64,000 nt of DNA, taken from the IMG/VR virus record IMGVR_UViG_3300035698_026924. One strand, given 5' to 3'. This stretch comes from an uncultured virus (IMG/VR IMGVR_UViG_3300035698_026924) (Duplodnaviria; Heunggongvirae; Uroviricota; Caudoviricetes). The notes under the pieces are model-generated. The model had not been told where the DNA came from and made no database searches. It was given only the letters and a program-made list of their open reading frames with translations. Both the position numbers and the translations under genes were made by a program. How positions within the stretch are numbered: position 1 is the stretch's first letter; each line of letters opens with the position of its first letter. Shown here one piece after another: positions 28,156-37,341 of this stretch.

Positions 28156-28431
28156 ATGGCCATTTGGAAATACGTAGGATGCAAAACCACTAACATCCCT
28201 AAAGAAATCCTAAAAGACAGTTCAAAACTTGATTCATCTAATATAAGACAAATAATAGAATCAGTGCCAATTGAGGAAGGCGAAATCGAAGCATCAAACA
28301 CAGATGCAGTAGTGGCTCTGTTGTTTGCTGATAGTATTTTTCCATTAAAAATACATATGCTCAATCCCAAGGAAATCCATTCAAAGAAACTCAAGAAATT
28401 GAGAAATCGTCTTAGAAGAATGATACGCTAA
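28156..28431 (+). CDS. Hypothetical protein
   Basis: Likely start MAIWKY downstream of the GTATTTTA motif. Confidence 0.6.
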   Translation: MAIWKYVGCKTTNIPKEILKDSSKLDSSNIRQIIESVPIEEGEIEASNTDAVVALLFADSIFPLKIHMLNPKEIHSKKLKKLRNRLRRMIR

Positions 28432-29531
28432 TTAAAAATTATTGACCACCTAATTGTTATTTCAAATGACGAGCTTTTTTGGACAGGAGCACTTAAAATT
28501 CTCTGAGAAAATAGCTTAAGTGTGTCTCTAAATACGCCTATCTCTCCAGTTAATGCTTCACCATTTGAGTTAACTGGTACCCTGTCCAGCTCTATATCTC
28601 TTCCACCAGAAGTGCTAGTAATCAAATAATGAGGATTAATTTGATTAAGATCGTTATAACTATCCTGAGTGCCACTTCTGTTAACAATTTTTACTTGATC
28701 ACCTTCACTAAATACTAAAGAGGAAGTTGGTTCTGAAGAGTCTACAGAAATAACATTAGAACCATTAGCAACTGCTGGCACTGACATTTCATAACTGTCA
28801 TCACCAGTTCCAACACTCCCAGTTGTCGATTGAACACCCTGTAGAAACAAGTCTTTAGGATTCAATCCACATTGTTCTACAACATCAAATTTTCTTCCAC
28901 CAGCCAATGCTACTTCAGTTATTGTAAAAAAATCATCATCCGACCCACTAAATCCATTATACTCATCAGTTCTTAAAATAGTCTCTACAACCAATATGCT
29001 ATTAATTGCTCTAACATTAGAATCAACCAAAGGACTACCAGTAGGTTGATAAGTAGAATCGTATCTTATGCTCTCTATTTTTTTCAATGGCCTTTCTGGC
29101 TCAGCTATTGGTATAGCATTTATTAACCCGCCATCATTATCAGCAGCTGGAGAGACTCTTACCGGAACATACTGACCAGAAATAGGATCTTGAGTGTAAT
29201 ACCTAGTGTCATTGGTTCCTAATGGTGTTCCCTCTTCATCAAATGACGCACCCAGCAAGATATATCTAGCAGAAAATTCGTCATTGAAAGAAGTGTCAGA
29301 AGATGCCCATCCACCAGCTCCACCATTGGCTTGAGGGTCCCAGATTTCTGATCCAGGTATTCGATGTGACAACATTTCTTTTGCAAAGATCTTAATTGCA
29401 TTCTTTTCAATGACTCTGCTGATTACAGCGCCACTACGATCTTTAGTTATTATTTCTAGTATACCAGTGGCACCTTTTTTGTCATCAGGGCTCAAAGTAT
29501 CATAAAAATCTAAAACACTAAATTGACTCAC
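28428..29531 (-). CDS. Putative baseplate/tail-fiber attachment protein
   Basis: G.LEI..KD..G.V....EKN N-terminus, FTITEVAL and LFSQRI..PVQKSSSFEITIRWSI C-terminus typical of myovirus baseplate/tail-collar proteins. Confidence 0.65.
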   Translation of the reverse strand: MSQFSVLDFYDTLSPDDKKGATGILEIITKDRSGAVISRVIEKNAIKIFAKEMLSHRIPGSEIWDPQANGGAGGWASSDTSFNDEFSARYILLGASFDEEGTPLGTNDTRYYTQDPISGQYVPVRVSPAADNDGGLINAIPIAEPERPLKKIESIRYDSTYQPTGSPLVDSNVRAINSILVVETILRTDEYNGFSGSDDDFFTITEVALAGGRKFDVVEQCGLNPKDLFLQGVQSTTGSVGTGDDSYEMSVPAVANGSNVISVDSSEPTSSLVFSEGDQVKIVNRSGTQDSYNDLNQINPHYLITSTSGGRDIELDRVPVNSNGEALTGEIGVFRDTLKLFSQRILSAPVQKSSSFEITIRWSIIFN

Positions 29532-30178
29532 TTTGACCCTCCTGGGTTAGGTGCTGGCACAGTTTCTTCTTTTAATGCAGCTATGTTTTCCAACATAACT
29601 GTATATGTATCTCTTGGATTTGCGTTAGTTTTTAACACAACATACGCAGGATTCATAACTTCAATTATCGACAATCTAGGATCAATTAACAATCCATTAA
29701 TATAAACTACAGCTCTTATTCCTTCTATTCTTGCATACCCTTGGTATTCTTCTGGAATAGGTATAGTGTTATTCTCATCAGATGTGAAAATACCAGACCA
29801 GACAATCTTTGGGCTCACATATTTTAAACTTAGCAAAATGTCATTTAAAACTTTTTGTAGGCTAATAGTTGACTCTTCAGATATATTAATACCTATATGA
29901 TCAGATAAAGACGCAAAACATTCGCCATCGAATATTTTTAAAAAAGAAGAATCTTTTTCAAACCACGTGGTACCAGTTCTTTTTTCACGTGGTTCACCAT
30001 CATCAGACAAAGAGGAAGACTGATTAGACAAAAGCCCAATTAAATATGTTCTCATTAAATCATATCTGGACGCAGTCTTTGGAGATGGATAATCGTCATG
30101 CAGCTCATGAGTCTCTCCAGACTTAGAAAAATCGACTGGATATTCGTCAAGTCTTATTCTGTTGTCTTTATCAGTCAT
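29528..30178 (-). CDS. Putative virion structural protein
   Basis: Coupled to the baseplate-like gene; P....GTTWF and VYINGLL motifs. Confidence 0.55.
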   Translation of the reverse strand: MTDKDNRIRLDEYPVDFSKSGETHELHDDYPSPKTASRYDLMRTYLIGLLSNQSSSLSDDGEPREKRTGTTWFEKDSSFLKIFDGECFASLSDHIGINISEESTISLQKVLNDILLSLKYVSPKIVWSGIFTSDENNTIPIPEEYQGYARIEGIRAVVYINGLLIDPRLSIIEVMNPAYVVLKTNANPRDTYTVMLENIAALKEETVPAPNPGGSK

Positions 30179-30387
30179 ACAAGCCCCATCAAGCGTTTAT
30201 TTATCTTTTCTGAAATTTTGTCACCGTCATTACCCATTACCCCAACTATATGTTGCTTTTTAGCATCTTCGTCATCACTAAAGGGTGATCTATCTACCTT
30301 AGTTGTCTTTTTTTTCTTAATACTGCTAATTAACCCAGGATGGTCAGTTTTGACAGCATATTGGCCTACTCTCTGTGGTTTATTCAT
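30175..30387 (-). CDS. Hypothetical protein
   Basis: ATGA overlaps on both sides. Confidence 0.65.
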   Translation of the reverse strand: MNKPQRVGQYAVKTDHPGLISSIKKKKTTKVDRSPFSDDEDAKKQHIVGVMGNDGDKISEKINKRLMGLV

Positions 30388-30812
30388 ACCAATGACCTAA
30401 AATGATTGTTAAAATAGTTAACCATCCTATTGGCCATATCGCACAACGAACAATTAAGACTAAGACACTCTGGATGCTTTTTAGCAAACATGGCACCAAA
30501 TTCAGTAGAATCAAAATTCCAACATCCTTCATATGGTTTAACAACACAACTAATAAATCTAGTTCTATACCCTACATCACAGCAATTAGTTTTAATAGAA
30601 GCCGTCAGCCCAGGTTGTAATTTTCTTACTTCAGTTGACAATTCTGCGCACATTTTGTCAACAGCAGATATCAGCTCTTTTTCAACTGCCTTTTGCTGTT
30701 CTTTAAAGTCAAGTATTCTGCTAATACAATTAGATATCTCTTCACTGTGAATATGAGACATTTGAATATCATCAAGAGATCTATCTAAATTATCTGTAAA
30801 CGTTCCAGTCAT
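30384..30812 (-). CDS. Hypothetical protein
   Basis: 142 aa; TCAAATATA upstream. Confidence 0.7.
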   Translation of the reverse strand: MTGTFTDNLDRSLDDIQMSHIHSEEISNCISRILDFKEQQKAVEKELISAVDKMCAELSTEVRKLQPGLTASIKTNCCDVGYRTRFISCVVKPYEGCWNFDSTEFGAMFAKKHPECLSLNCSLCDMANRMVNYFNNHFRSLV

Positions 30813-30840
30813 TAAATGTGCCCTCGTCAGGTATATTTGA

Positions 30841-31338
30841 TTAATCTTCTTCGCTTAGATCGCAATAATACGAACACGCATTTAAATTAAAATACCCAGT
30901 CATTTTAAAACCAGTCAACTTCTTATCAATTCTTTTAATATTTATAAAATCATCAGTAGACACATCAAACGATATATTATTACATCTATATCTTTCATTT
31001 AAGAACAATACACTTCCAATAAGCAATCCATGAACCCCAGCTGTTATCACTCCATTTTCCCCATAATCATTATTTACAATAAATCCACGCATTTTAAGAT
31101 ATTTTTTCAATGACGGTGGTATACCATCACTAATGTTTATATGTTTTACAAACATCGCCGTTAAAATATTCATATTTTCAACTTCTGAAGCTGATACAGT
31201 TGACCAATTCCAATTCGCACATTCACCATTGAGTATCTTCTTAAGACTAATCCCATTACTGTGGCTTACAATAAAAGGAACAGATCCTTCCACTGCACCA
31301 ATCTGACTCTTTTTTATTTTTTTAAGACCTTTTATCAT
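30841..31338 (-). CDS. Hypothetical protein, possibly degenerate RNase HII-like
   Basis: WSTVSASEVENMNILTAM resembles the RNase HII EID..NIL.A motif; catalytic DE absent. Confidence 0.4.
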   Translation of the reverse strand: MIKGLKKIKKSQIGAVEGSVPFIVSHSNGISLKKILNGECANWNWSTVSASEVENMNILTAMFVKHINISDGIPPSLKKYLKMRGFIVNNDYGENGVITAGVHGLLIGSVLFLNERYRCNNISFDVSTDDFINIKRIDKKLTGFKMTGYFNLNACSYYCDLSEED

Positions 31339-32420
31339 ATGTCATTAAGAATCTTACAAACTTTTATTATATCTTCTTCTTCAAGACCTGGACCACTAGG
31401 TAAAGTTATTCCGTTGTTAGTTAACGATTCTGAAACACTAAAATTTTTATCTTTGTTGTCTTCTTTCCATGGCGGCATTTTTGGCATTGGTCTGAATATT
31501 GGCCTACTTTCATATCCACCTTGCAATAGTGCCTCATTGGCAAGGTCATAAAAATTGCCGTGACCGTGATTGACAACAGATACCATCCACCAGCAGTGAA
31601 CACTATTGTCAATTATTTTTTGAAATTTTAGATGTTTTGGCATGTGTTTTCTGTACACTTTGGCATTGTTCTGTATTTTGCTAAAAGTGCTGTCAAATCT
31701 GTTAAACTGTGATAATATCAATGCAGATTGTAGATTAGTTATCCTAAAATTATGTCCTATAGCTTCATGCCAAAATTTTTTATTTTTAGATAACGCTTGA
31801 CCTCTAAATAAAGATGCCTTTTCTTTAACATAATCAAGGTCAGTTAAAAGAATGCCTCCCTCACCGCCAGTTATCATTTTATTACCATAAAAGCTAAAAA
31901 CAGAAACATCACCCATTCTGCCAGCTGGAATTCCTTTAGATGATGACCCAAAAGCTTCACAAGCATCCTCAATAATATAGAATTTATACCTATCAGATAG
32001 ATCTTTTAATCTGTCATAATCATACGGATTACCATAATTATGAACAGCTATTACAGCATCTATGCGAGTTTTTTTGCATTCTTCTTCCAGCAAACCTAAA
32101 TCCATATTCCAATCGTTTTTATCAACATCAACAAATACAGTGTTGCAATTAAGGTACGCAGGAGCAAACCCAACAGCAGCGAAGGCACACGCTGGAACGG
32201 CTATGGTTTTAGATTCTAGGTTTAGTGCCACAAGGGCTAAATGCAACCCAGTAGTGCCATTAGAACACGACAAAGCATATTTTCTATCAAAATGCTTTTT
32301 AAACGTTTTTTCTAATTCTTTTGTTTCTTTCCCAATATGGGTCACATACTGGGAAAGGACCACATTGTAAACTGCTTGAGCGTCGTCTTCAGTAAAAATT
32401 TGGTTATAAACTGGTTTCAT
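31335..32420 (-). CDS. DegT/DnrJ/EryC1/StrS PLP aminotransferase, GDP-perosamine synthase-like
   Basis: SNGTTGLHLAL, VHNYG, IIEDACEAFG, FSFYGNKMITGGEGG, GHNFRITNLQSAL, GITLPS; likely start MKPVY. Confidence 0.9.
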   Translation of the reverse strand: MKPVYNQIFTEDDAQAVYNVVLSQYVTHIGKETKELEKTFKKHFDRKYALSCSNGTTGLHLALVALNLESKTIAVPACAFAAVGFAPAYLNCNTVFVDVDKNDWNMDLGLLEEECKKTRIDAVIAVHNYGNPYDYDRLKDLSDRYKFYIIEDACEAFGSSSKGIPAGRMGDVSVFSFYGNKMITGGEGGILLTDLDYVKEKASLFRGQALSKNKKFWHEAIGHNFRITNLQSALILSQFNRFDSTFSKIQNNAKVYRKHMPKHLKFQKIIDNSVHCWWMVSVVNHGHGNFYDLANEALLQGGYESRPIFRPMPKMPPWKEDNKDKNFSVSESLTNNGITLPSGPGLEEEDIIKVCKILNDI

Positions 32421-32438
32421 TTTTATAGTACCTAATAA

Positions 32439-33092
32439 GTGAACAGACAAATTATATATCGTCGTGGTTATTTTGGCATTTATGACGTAAATTCTATGAG
32501 AATAGTAGAAGGAATATACGCATTTAATCATTCTAGATATTCTGGTATTTCAGTAGAAAAAGCCTTTCTATTAAAAACCGGAAGAAATCCAAATGAGCAA
32601 GATAAAGATTATTTAGAAAGATTAAAAAACGGGGAAAAAGCACCTCATGGTGTATACGCAAATTGGTATGTCTATGCCTCGCAAAATGTCATAATAAAAC
32701 ATCCGATATTGCCACCATCAACCAAAGAAATAAGGTCAATATCAGAAAGTTTATTAGGCCACAAAATAGAAGACAGGCACATATTATCAATCAATAAAAT
32801 GGTCAGAGAAAAATTGCATGACCTTAGTACAGGATATTACGGAGTAAACATATGGCAAATAATGGAAATAACAGCATCTTTAGAATCGATAAAAACAGAA
32901 AAGTCACAAGAAGCAATTAATTTTTTATTTAATAAAATATATAAAAGAGAACCACAAAAACACGAAGTATCTTTATGCCAAACAATAAACTTAGGCAATC
33001 CAGAGGAAGTTAAAAATGAAATTGAATCGACTATCCAGACTAAACGAAGAGATGTCCTCGTTGCTAGCAGAGGATTCATTAGGGGGCCTTGA
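32439..33092 (+). CDS. Hypothetical protein
   Basis: 217-aa ORF; start uncertain. Confidence 0.7.
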   Translation: MNRQIIYRRGYFGIYDVNSMRIVEGIYAFNHSRYSGISVEKAFLLKTGRNPNEQDKDYLERLKNGEKAPHGVYANWYVYASQNVIIKHPILPPSTKEIRSISESLLGHKIEDRHILSINKMVREKLHDLSTGYYGVNIWQIMEITASLESIKTEKSQEAINFLFNKIYKREPQKHEVSLCQTINLGNPEEVKNEIESTIQTKRRDVLVASRGFIRGP

Positions 33093-33407
33093 TGCTAATG
33101 CAAAAGAGGAATTAGATGGAACAAGTCTAGAAGATGAATTAATGGAACCAGATCTGGATAGCCAAGAGTCAGAATTAGAAAAAGAAATAAATGTTGAAAA
33201 CGGAATAGAAGACGCTTCACCACCTGGACAAAAAATACTGGGTATAATATCAGTAATGCGACATCACAGTTAAATGGGATGATAGAAAAGTGGTTTCGTT
33301 TAGCTCAAAGTATATCTCCAGAGAAAAAGGAATCATTTCTTAAACTTGGGGATAGATTATCAGAAATATCAGAAATATTAAATTCGGAGTTCTCTGATGG
33401 CCAATAG
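33016..33407 (+). CDS. Acidic protein, probably one gene split by a -1 frameshift at an A6 run
   Basis: Frame 0 stops at 33273; -1 frame open 33198-33407 encodes NTGYNISNATSQLNGMIEKWFRLAQ...SDGQ* and overlaps the next start. Confidence 0.6.
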
Positions 33408-34035
33408 AAGCGCAGAAGAAATAATAAACAATCCAATAAATCCAGATGAATTTAAATCCGATTCTCCTGAAACAAAGGATGACATAGTTGGTTTAGAAGA
33501 TATGGATATGGACGACGAGTTTAACATCGATGACAGCGAAGTTGATCCAATGGGTGATGACGCTTTGGATGATAACAATTTTGAAAAAGAATTAGAAGAT
33601 GATGGTCTCGATTTGCCAGAGCCTATAGAACAACCAGAGATGATACCCCCAGAAGAACAAATAAAATGGACTCCTGTTCCCCAAGAAAATGGCGATGTGT
33701 GGTCCGAGCATGTAAATGGATACATATTAAGAGCTAGACCTCTAAGCTCCAAAGAAGAAGATAAAATCAAGTATGCAGTTCAATTATTTGAAGGCGACAG
33801 ACTTTTAGAAAAAGGAGTTATATGGATAGAACAAAACTCTGACCCAAGAGAATTTTTACAAAATGTTTCAGATAGAATTTTAGATAGAATGGGTCTTTTA
33901 AATGTTAGCAAAATGGATGCTGAACCAGAGGAACCAGAAATCGATCTAGACGAAGTTGGAGCCGAAGAAGAATTAGACTTGGACAGTGAGGGTGAAGAAG
34001 ATCTAGATCTAGAAGATATAGACTTAGAAATCTAA
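33397..34035 (+). CDS. Highly acidic protein, possible head core/scaffold component
   Basis: D/E-rich termini around a small globular core. Confidence 0.7.
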   Translation: MANRSAEEIINNPINPDEFKSDSPETKDDIVGLEDMDMDDEFNIDDSEVDPMGDDALDDNNFEKELEDDGLDLPEPIEQPEMIPPEEQIKWTPVPQENGDVWSEHVNGYILRARPLSSKEEDKIKYAVQLFEGDRLLEKGVIWIEQNSDPREFLQNVSDRILDRMGLLNVSKMDAEPEEPEIDLDEVGAEEELDLDSEGEEDLDLEDIDLEI

Positions 34036-35276
34036 TTTTCTTCATAATCATGTTTTATTAAAACAACATCTCCCCATATACCTTGATCTTTAACATAAGA
34101 CTCGCCTTCACTCCCAACAATAACCCATGTTACTGGGTATGATCTTTCCTCTGGAATAATATCGTACCCATCAGTTAATACAACATTCATACTGCCAACC
34201 ATTTTGTTTTCTTCAATGTAGTCAAAAAAGTCAGAAAAGCTAGTACCTCCCCTGCCTTTTAATTCCAAATGTTTCCAATCACCTTTATGATATTCACTGA
34301 CTTTCTGAACAATGCTGTCGAATTGCACTAGCATAATTTTAAAATGACTAGACATTTTTTCAATTTCAGTAAAAATTCTTTGTAACATTCTCTGAGACAC
34401 AGAACCGCTAACATCAACTCCAATAGTTAATTTTATAGATGCTCTTCTACTGTACCCTTTTACGCCAAAATTGTCATTTTTCCTATTTCTTCTAGAATAT
34501 GTCGTTCTTTTGTTGCCAGCTGCACGACCTATTAAATTTCTCCATTTGTAAATCCAATTATGTTGCGGTTTATCTAAATTATTGATAGAGTCAGTTAACC
34601 CACCAGGAACTTTACCCGCATTTTTAGTAGCAGTCTGACACAATTCTCTTGTTATTTTTCTCATTTCTTCTGACGATGTATTACAATTTTGCCAAATATC
34701 GTGATTATCAATCGTCTGCGAATCAATAACAACACCAGTATTAGTCATTCTTCCAGTTACGTGGCCACATTTAATTTCTTTGCTGTTATTTATTATCCAT
34801 TCATAAAATTCTTCTGCTATCCAATTACTGTCTATATCATTAATAGCCTTTCCCCACATTTTTTTATCGTCTTTGTTGTTTTTGTCAGGTATGAAACACC
34901 CAATCTTCGGCAGATTTTCAATTCGTGGGTTATTTTTGTAGCCATCAATAACCCAGTCACATGCGATATTCCATATGAGAAACAGGTCTTTTCTATCTTT
35001 AATGTATTTAACCCTAGTTAAATGCATTCTAACTATATGTTCTATTTCATGCTTTAAAACTGCTATGAGTTCATCAACGCTGTACCTGCCGATAAACTCA
35101 TCAGAATATTCACATTGTATCATTCCGTCAGATGCAAATCTTACGCCAATAGTCTTTACTGATGGATTTTCTTTCCATTTAAATCTTGATACAAAGGTCC
35201 CATACCAAGGGTCAATAATAAGAGCCCTGCACCTAGCATCTACTAGCTTTTGTTTATGATTTGAAAGTTTCGCCAC
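34032..35276 (-). CDS. DUF2201-like metallopeptidase-motif + VWA domain protein
   Basis: LKHEIEHIVRMH (HExxH), WNIACD, VDVSGS, GRGGTSF, LTDG. Confidence 0.9.
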   Translation of the reverse strand: MAKLSNHKQKLVDARCRALIIDPWYGTFVSRFKWKENPSVKTIGVRFASDGMIQCEYSDEFIGRYSVDELIAVLKHEIEHIVRMHLTRVKYIKDRKDLFLIWNIACDWVIDGYKNNPRIENLPKIGCFIPDKNNKDDKKMWGKAINDIDSNWIAEEFYEWIINNSKEIKCGHVTGRMTNTGVVIDSQTIDNHDIWQNCNTSSEEMRKITRELCQTATKNAGKVPGGLTDSINNLDKPQHNWIYKWRNLIGRAAGNKRTTYSRRNRKNDNFGVKGYSRRASIKLTIGVDVSGSVSQRMLQRIFTEIEKMSSHFKIMLVQFDSIVQKVSEYHKGDWKHLELKGRGGTSFSDFFDYIEENKMVGSMNVVLTDGYDIIPEERSYPVTWVIVGSEGESYVKDQGIWGDVVLIKHDYEEN

Positions 35277-36558
35277 GATGACTCTTAGAAATTAAGGTGT
35301 TGAGTTCTGAATCTGCCCTTATTTTTTTGTAGAAAACTGATTTATCAGTATTACCAAGGTTGTCTAACAACTTTTGAATTGATTTGTTGGCAAACGACAG
35401 TCGCCTAATGTTAGAATCCTGTTCTGTACTCAAAACAGTATCAAAATACGCAACAGCTAAATCTCTATTGTCATCTCTTCTTGAAATCATCCATTTACCG
35501 AAAGCAATAACATTATCAATTTGAGCTTCTAACGGGTCTTTCATCTTTTTTGCCACGTTGGCAATACCCCAACTTAATGCTTGAATCTGGTTTCTTGAAT
35601 ATTTTTCAAGTTTTTTAATAATGTCGTTAACCAGTCCACATGTGATGACATCATTAGGCATGACATCAACTAATGTATTAATGTAAGAAATAGCCAAATC
35701 AATACCGATTACGCCGCCAATCATCTCTCTACGCACTCTATTGATAATTTCGCGTTCATCCGACGTTTTAAAGTCAATTTCAGAAATAACTTTATCAATA
35801 CGAGCAACAAATTCCCATGATCTAGGACTAGGTTTTATATGAAAGTCATCACTTTCTTCAGCTTCTCTGTGTAAATTGCCTTCATCCAGCATGCAAAATT
35901 GAATTATTTTAGATGAAATTTCATTTGGTATATCCAGATCAGACATATACGAAGCCCAGCTGCTTTTGTACGCTTCATCAATGTTGACAGATACATGACA
36001 CCATCTATCTTTAAAAGCATCATCATCAGTAAACGAATTAACAGTAAAGTTGCCACTATTCGGATTACCAGCAGCTATAATACCCCAACCGGATGGTAAT
36101 TCATAATGGGTTCCTATTTTTCTGTCATAAACAAGCTGAAAACATGCGCTTAAAACGTCATCCTCACCTCTGTTTATTTCATCCGCAAACAAAATACCAC
36201 GATGTAATGCCCATTTTGTGTTATCGGAATCTTCTGGTTTTTTACTACCAGTTTTACCAGTAGTTTCTCCATGGTTGTTTATCCATTCACCAATCGGAAG
36301 TTCCTCTGGAGAAAAATAAGTAACTCTTTTTGTTTCCATATCTTTATCAGGAAGACCACGAATATCAGATGCTTCCATTTGTGCACATCTCAGATCGACA
36401 AAGCCATATGGAATATTGCCATCTGAAAAATGAAAATTGTTTTTGGTGTACATTTCACAACTCTTGCTTTTACCAACTCCTTGAAGACCGCTAACATAAA
36501 GCGGAACTTTTGATTTATGACTAATATGTATAGCTATACTAAGCTCGTCAATATTCAT
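35254..36558 (-). CDS. MoxR-like AAA+ ATPase partner of the VWA protein
   Basis: GLQGVGKS, DIRGLP, ILFADEINR, AAGNP, PSPRSW. Confidence 0.9.
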   Translation of the reverse strand: MNIDELSIAIHISHKSKVPLYVSGLQGVGKSKSCEMYTKNNFHFSDGNIPYGFVDLRCAQMEASDIRGLPDKDMETKRVTYFSPEELPIGEWINNHGETTGKTGSKKPEDSDNTKWALHRGILFADEINRGEDDVLSACFQLVYDRKIGTHYELPSGWGIIAAGNPNSGNFTVNSFTDDDAFKDRWCHVSVNIDEAYKSSWASYMSDLDIPNEISSKIIQFCMLDEGNLHREAEESDDFHIKPSPRSWEFVARIDKVISEIDFKTSDEREIINRVRREMIGGVIGIDLAISYINTLVDVMPNDVITCGLVNDIIKKLEKYSRNQIQALSWGIANVAKKMKDPLEAQIDNVIAFGKWMISRRDDNRDLAVAYFDTVLSTEQDSNIRRLSFANKSIQKLLDNLGNTDKSVFYKKIRADSELNTLISKSHRGETFKS

Positions 36559-37004
36559 TTTTGCCTTTCAGACTTTATGTATCCTTTTCGAACTAATTTC
36601 ATCACCAATGAATCGATGCTTTTCATTGGGTATTCCATAGCTTTTTTAGCAGTTCCATCATATGTGTTAATAGACTTGTAAAATCCTTCACTTGGAACAA
36701 CTATCGCAAAAGTTTTGCAATTCATTGAGTTAAAGCCATTATTCTCTTTGATCCACACTTGTCCACCTTCCGGTAGATTCAACCACGGATCAAATTCAGA
36801 ACTTTCTATTAGACATTCATCTGAAATGCCCACATTTTTTTCATTACTGTCTGCCAAAAAAACCCGATCAGAAAAAATCCTTAAGACTTCTCCACTGGGC
36901 TTTTTTATTCTGCAAAAAGCATCTTTAATTTCGACAAGCTCGCACACAAGATCGTCAACTTCATTTTGATTGTTTTTGAATTTTACTTTATCGCCTTTTT
37001 CCAT
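36555..37004 (-). CDS. Hypothetical protein (SH3-like N-terminus)
   Basis: MEKGDKVKF...; ATGA-coupled to the ATPase. Confidence 0.7.
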   Translation of the reverse strand: MEKGDKVKFKNNQNEVDDLVCELVEIKDAFCRIKKPSGEVLRIFSDRVFLADSNEKNVGISDECLIESSEFDPWLNLPEGGQVWIKENNGFNSMNCKTFAIVVPSEGFYKSINTYDGTAKKAMEYPMKSIDSLVMKLVRKGYIKSERQK

Positions 37005-37090
37005 AATCGTTAATATGGCACATCATACAAGCGTAAACTACCGTATTATTTCTCAAACAACACCCTGTTACCAATTATCAGGAGGCAGTT

Positions 37091-37261
37091 ATGGGATGGC
37101 GTTTCATACAACCGACAAAACCTGTAATATTTCAAACACCATCAATTAACGGCAAATCAGCTTTGGATTTTTATGAAAGTCAAAAGTTGTTCCCACTTAG
37201 TGAAGTAGTTGTTGTTAAAAAGTTAGGCTCGCCTTGGTACAAGGTCAAGTACCGCGAGTAG
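37091..37261 (+). CDS. Small hypothetical protein (56 aa)
   Basis: Read by hand: TGTTACCAA motif, AGGAGG RBS, MGWRFIQPTKPVIFQTPSINGKSALDFYESQKLFPLSEVVVVKKLGSPWYKVKYRE. Confidence 0.7.
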   Translation: MGWRFIQPTKPVIFQTPSINGKSALDFYESQKLFPLSEVVVVKKLGSPWYKVKYRE

Positions 37262-37283
37262 TATTAGTGTGCAAGACAATACC

Positions 37284-37311
37284 TTGACAAGTAGTTCCTC
37301 TTATATATTCT
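37284..37311 (+). promoter_or_regulatory. Host sigma70-type promoter
   Basis: TTGACA (37284-37289), 16-nt spacer, TATTCT (37306-37311), 30 nt before the sigma-factor ATG. Confidence 0.6.
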
Positions 37312-37341
37312 ATTAACCCCCCCAGCTTATAGAGAGATCCC

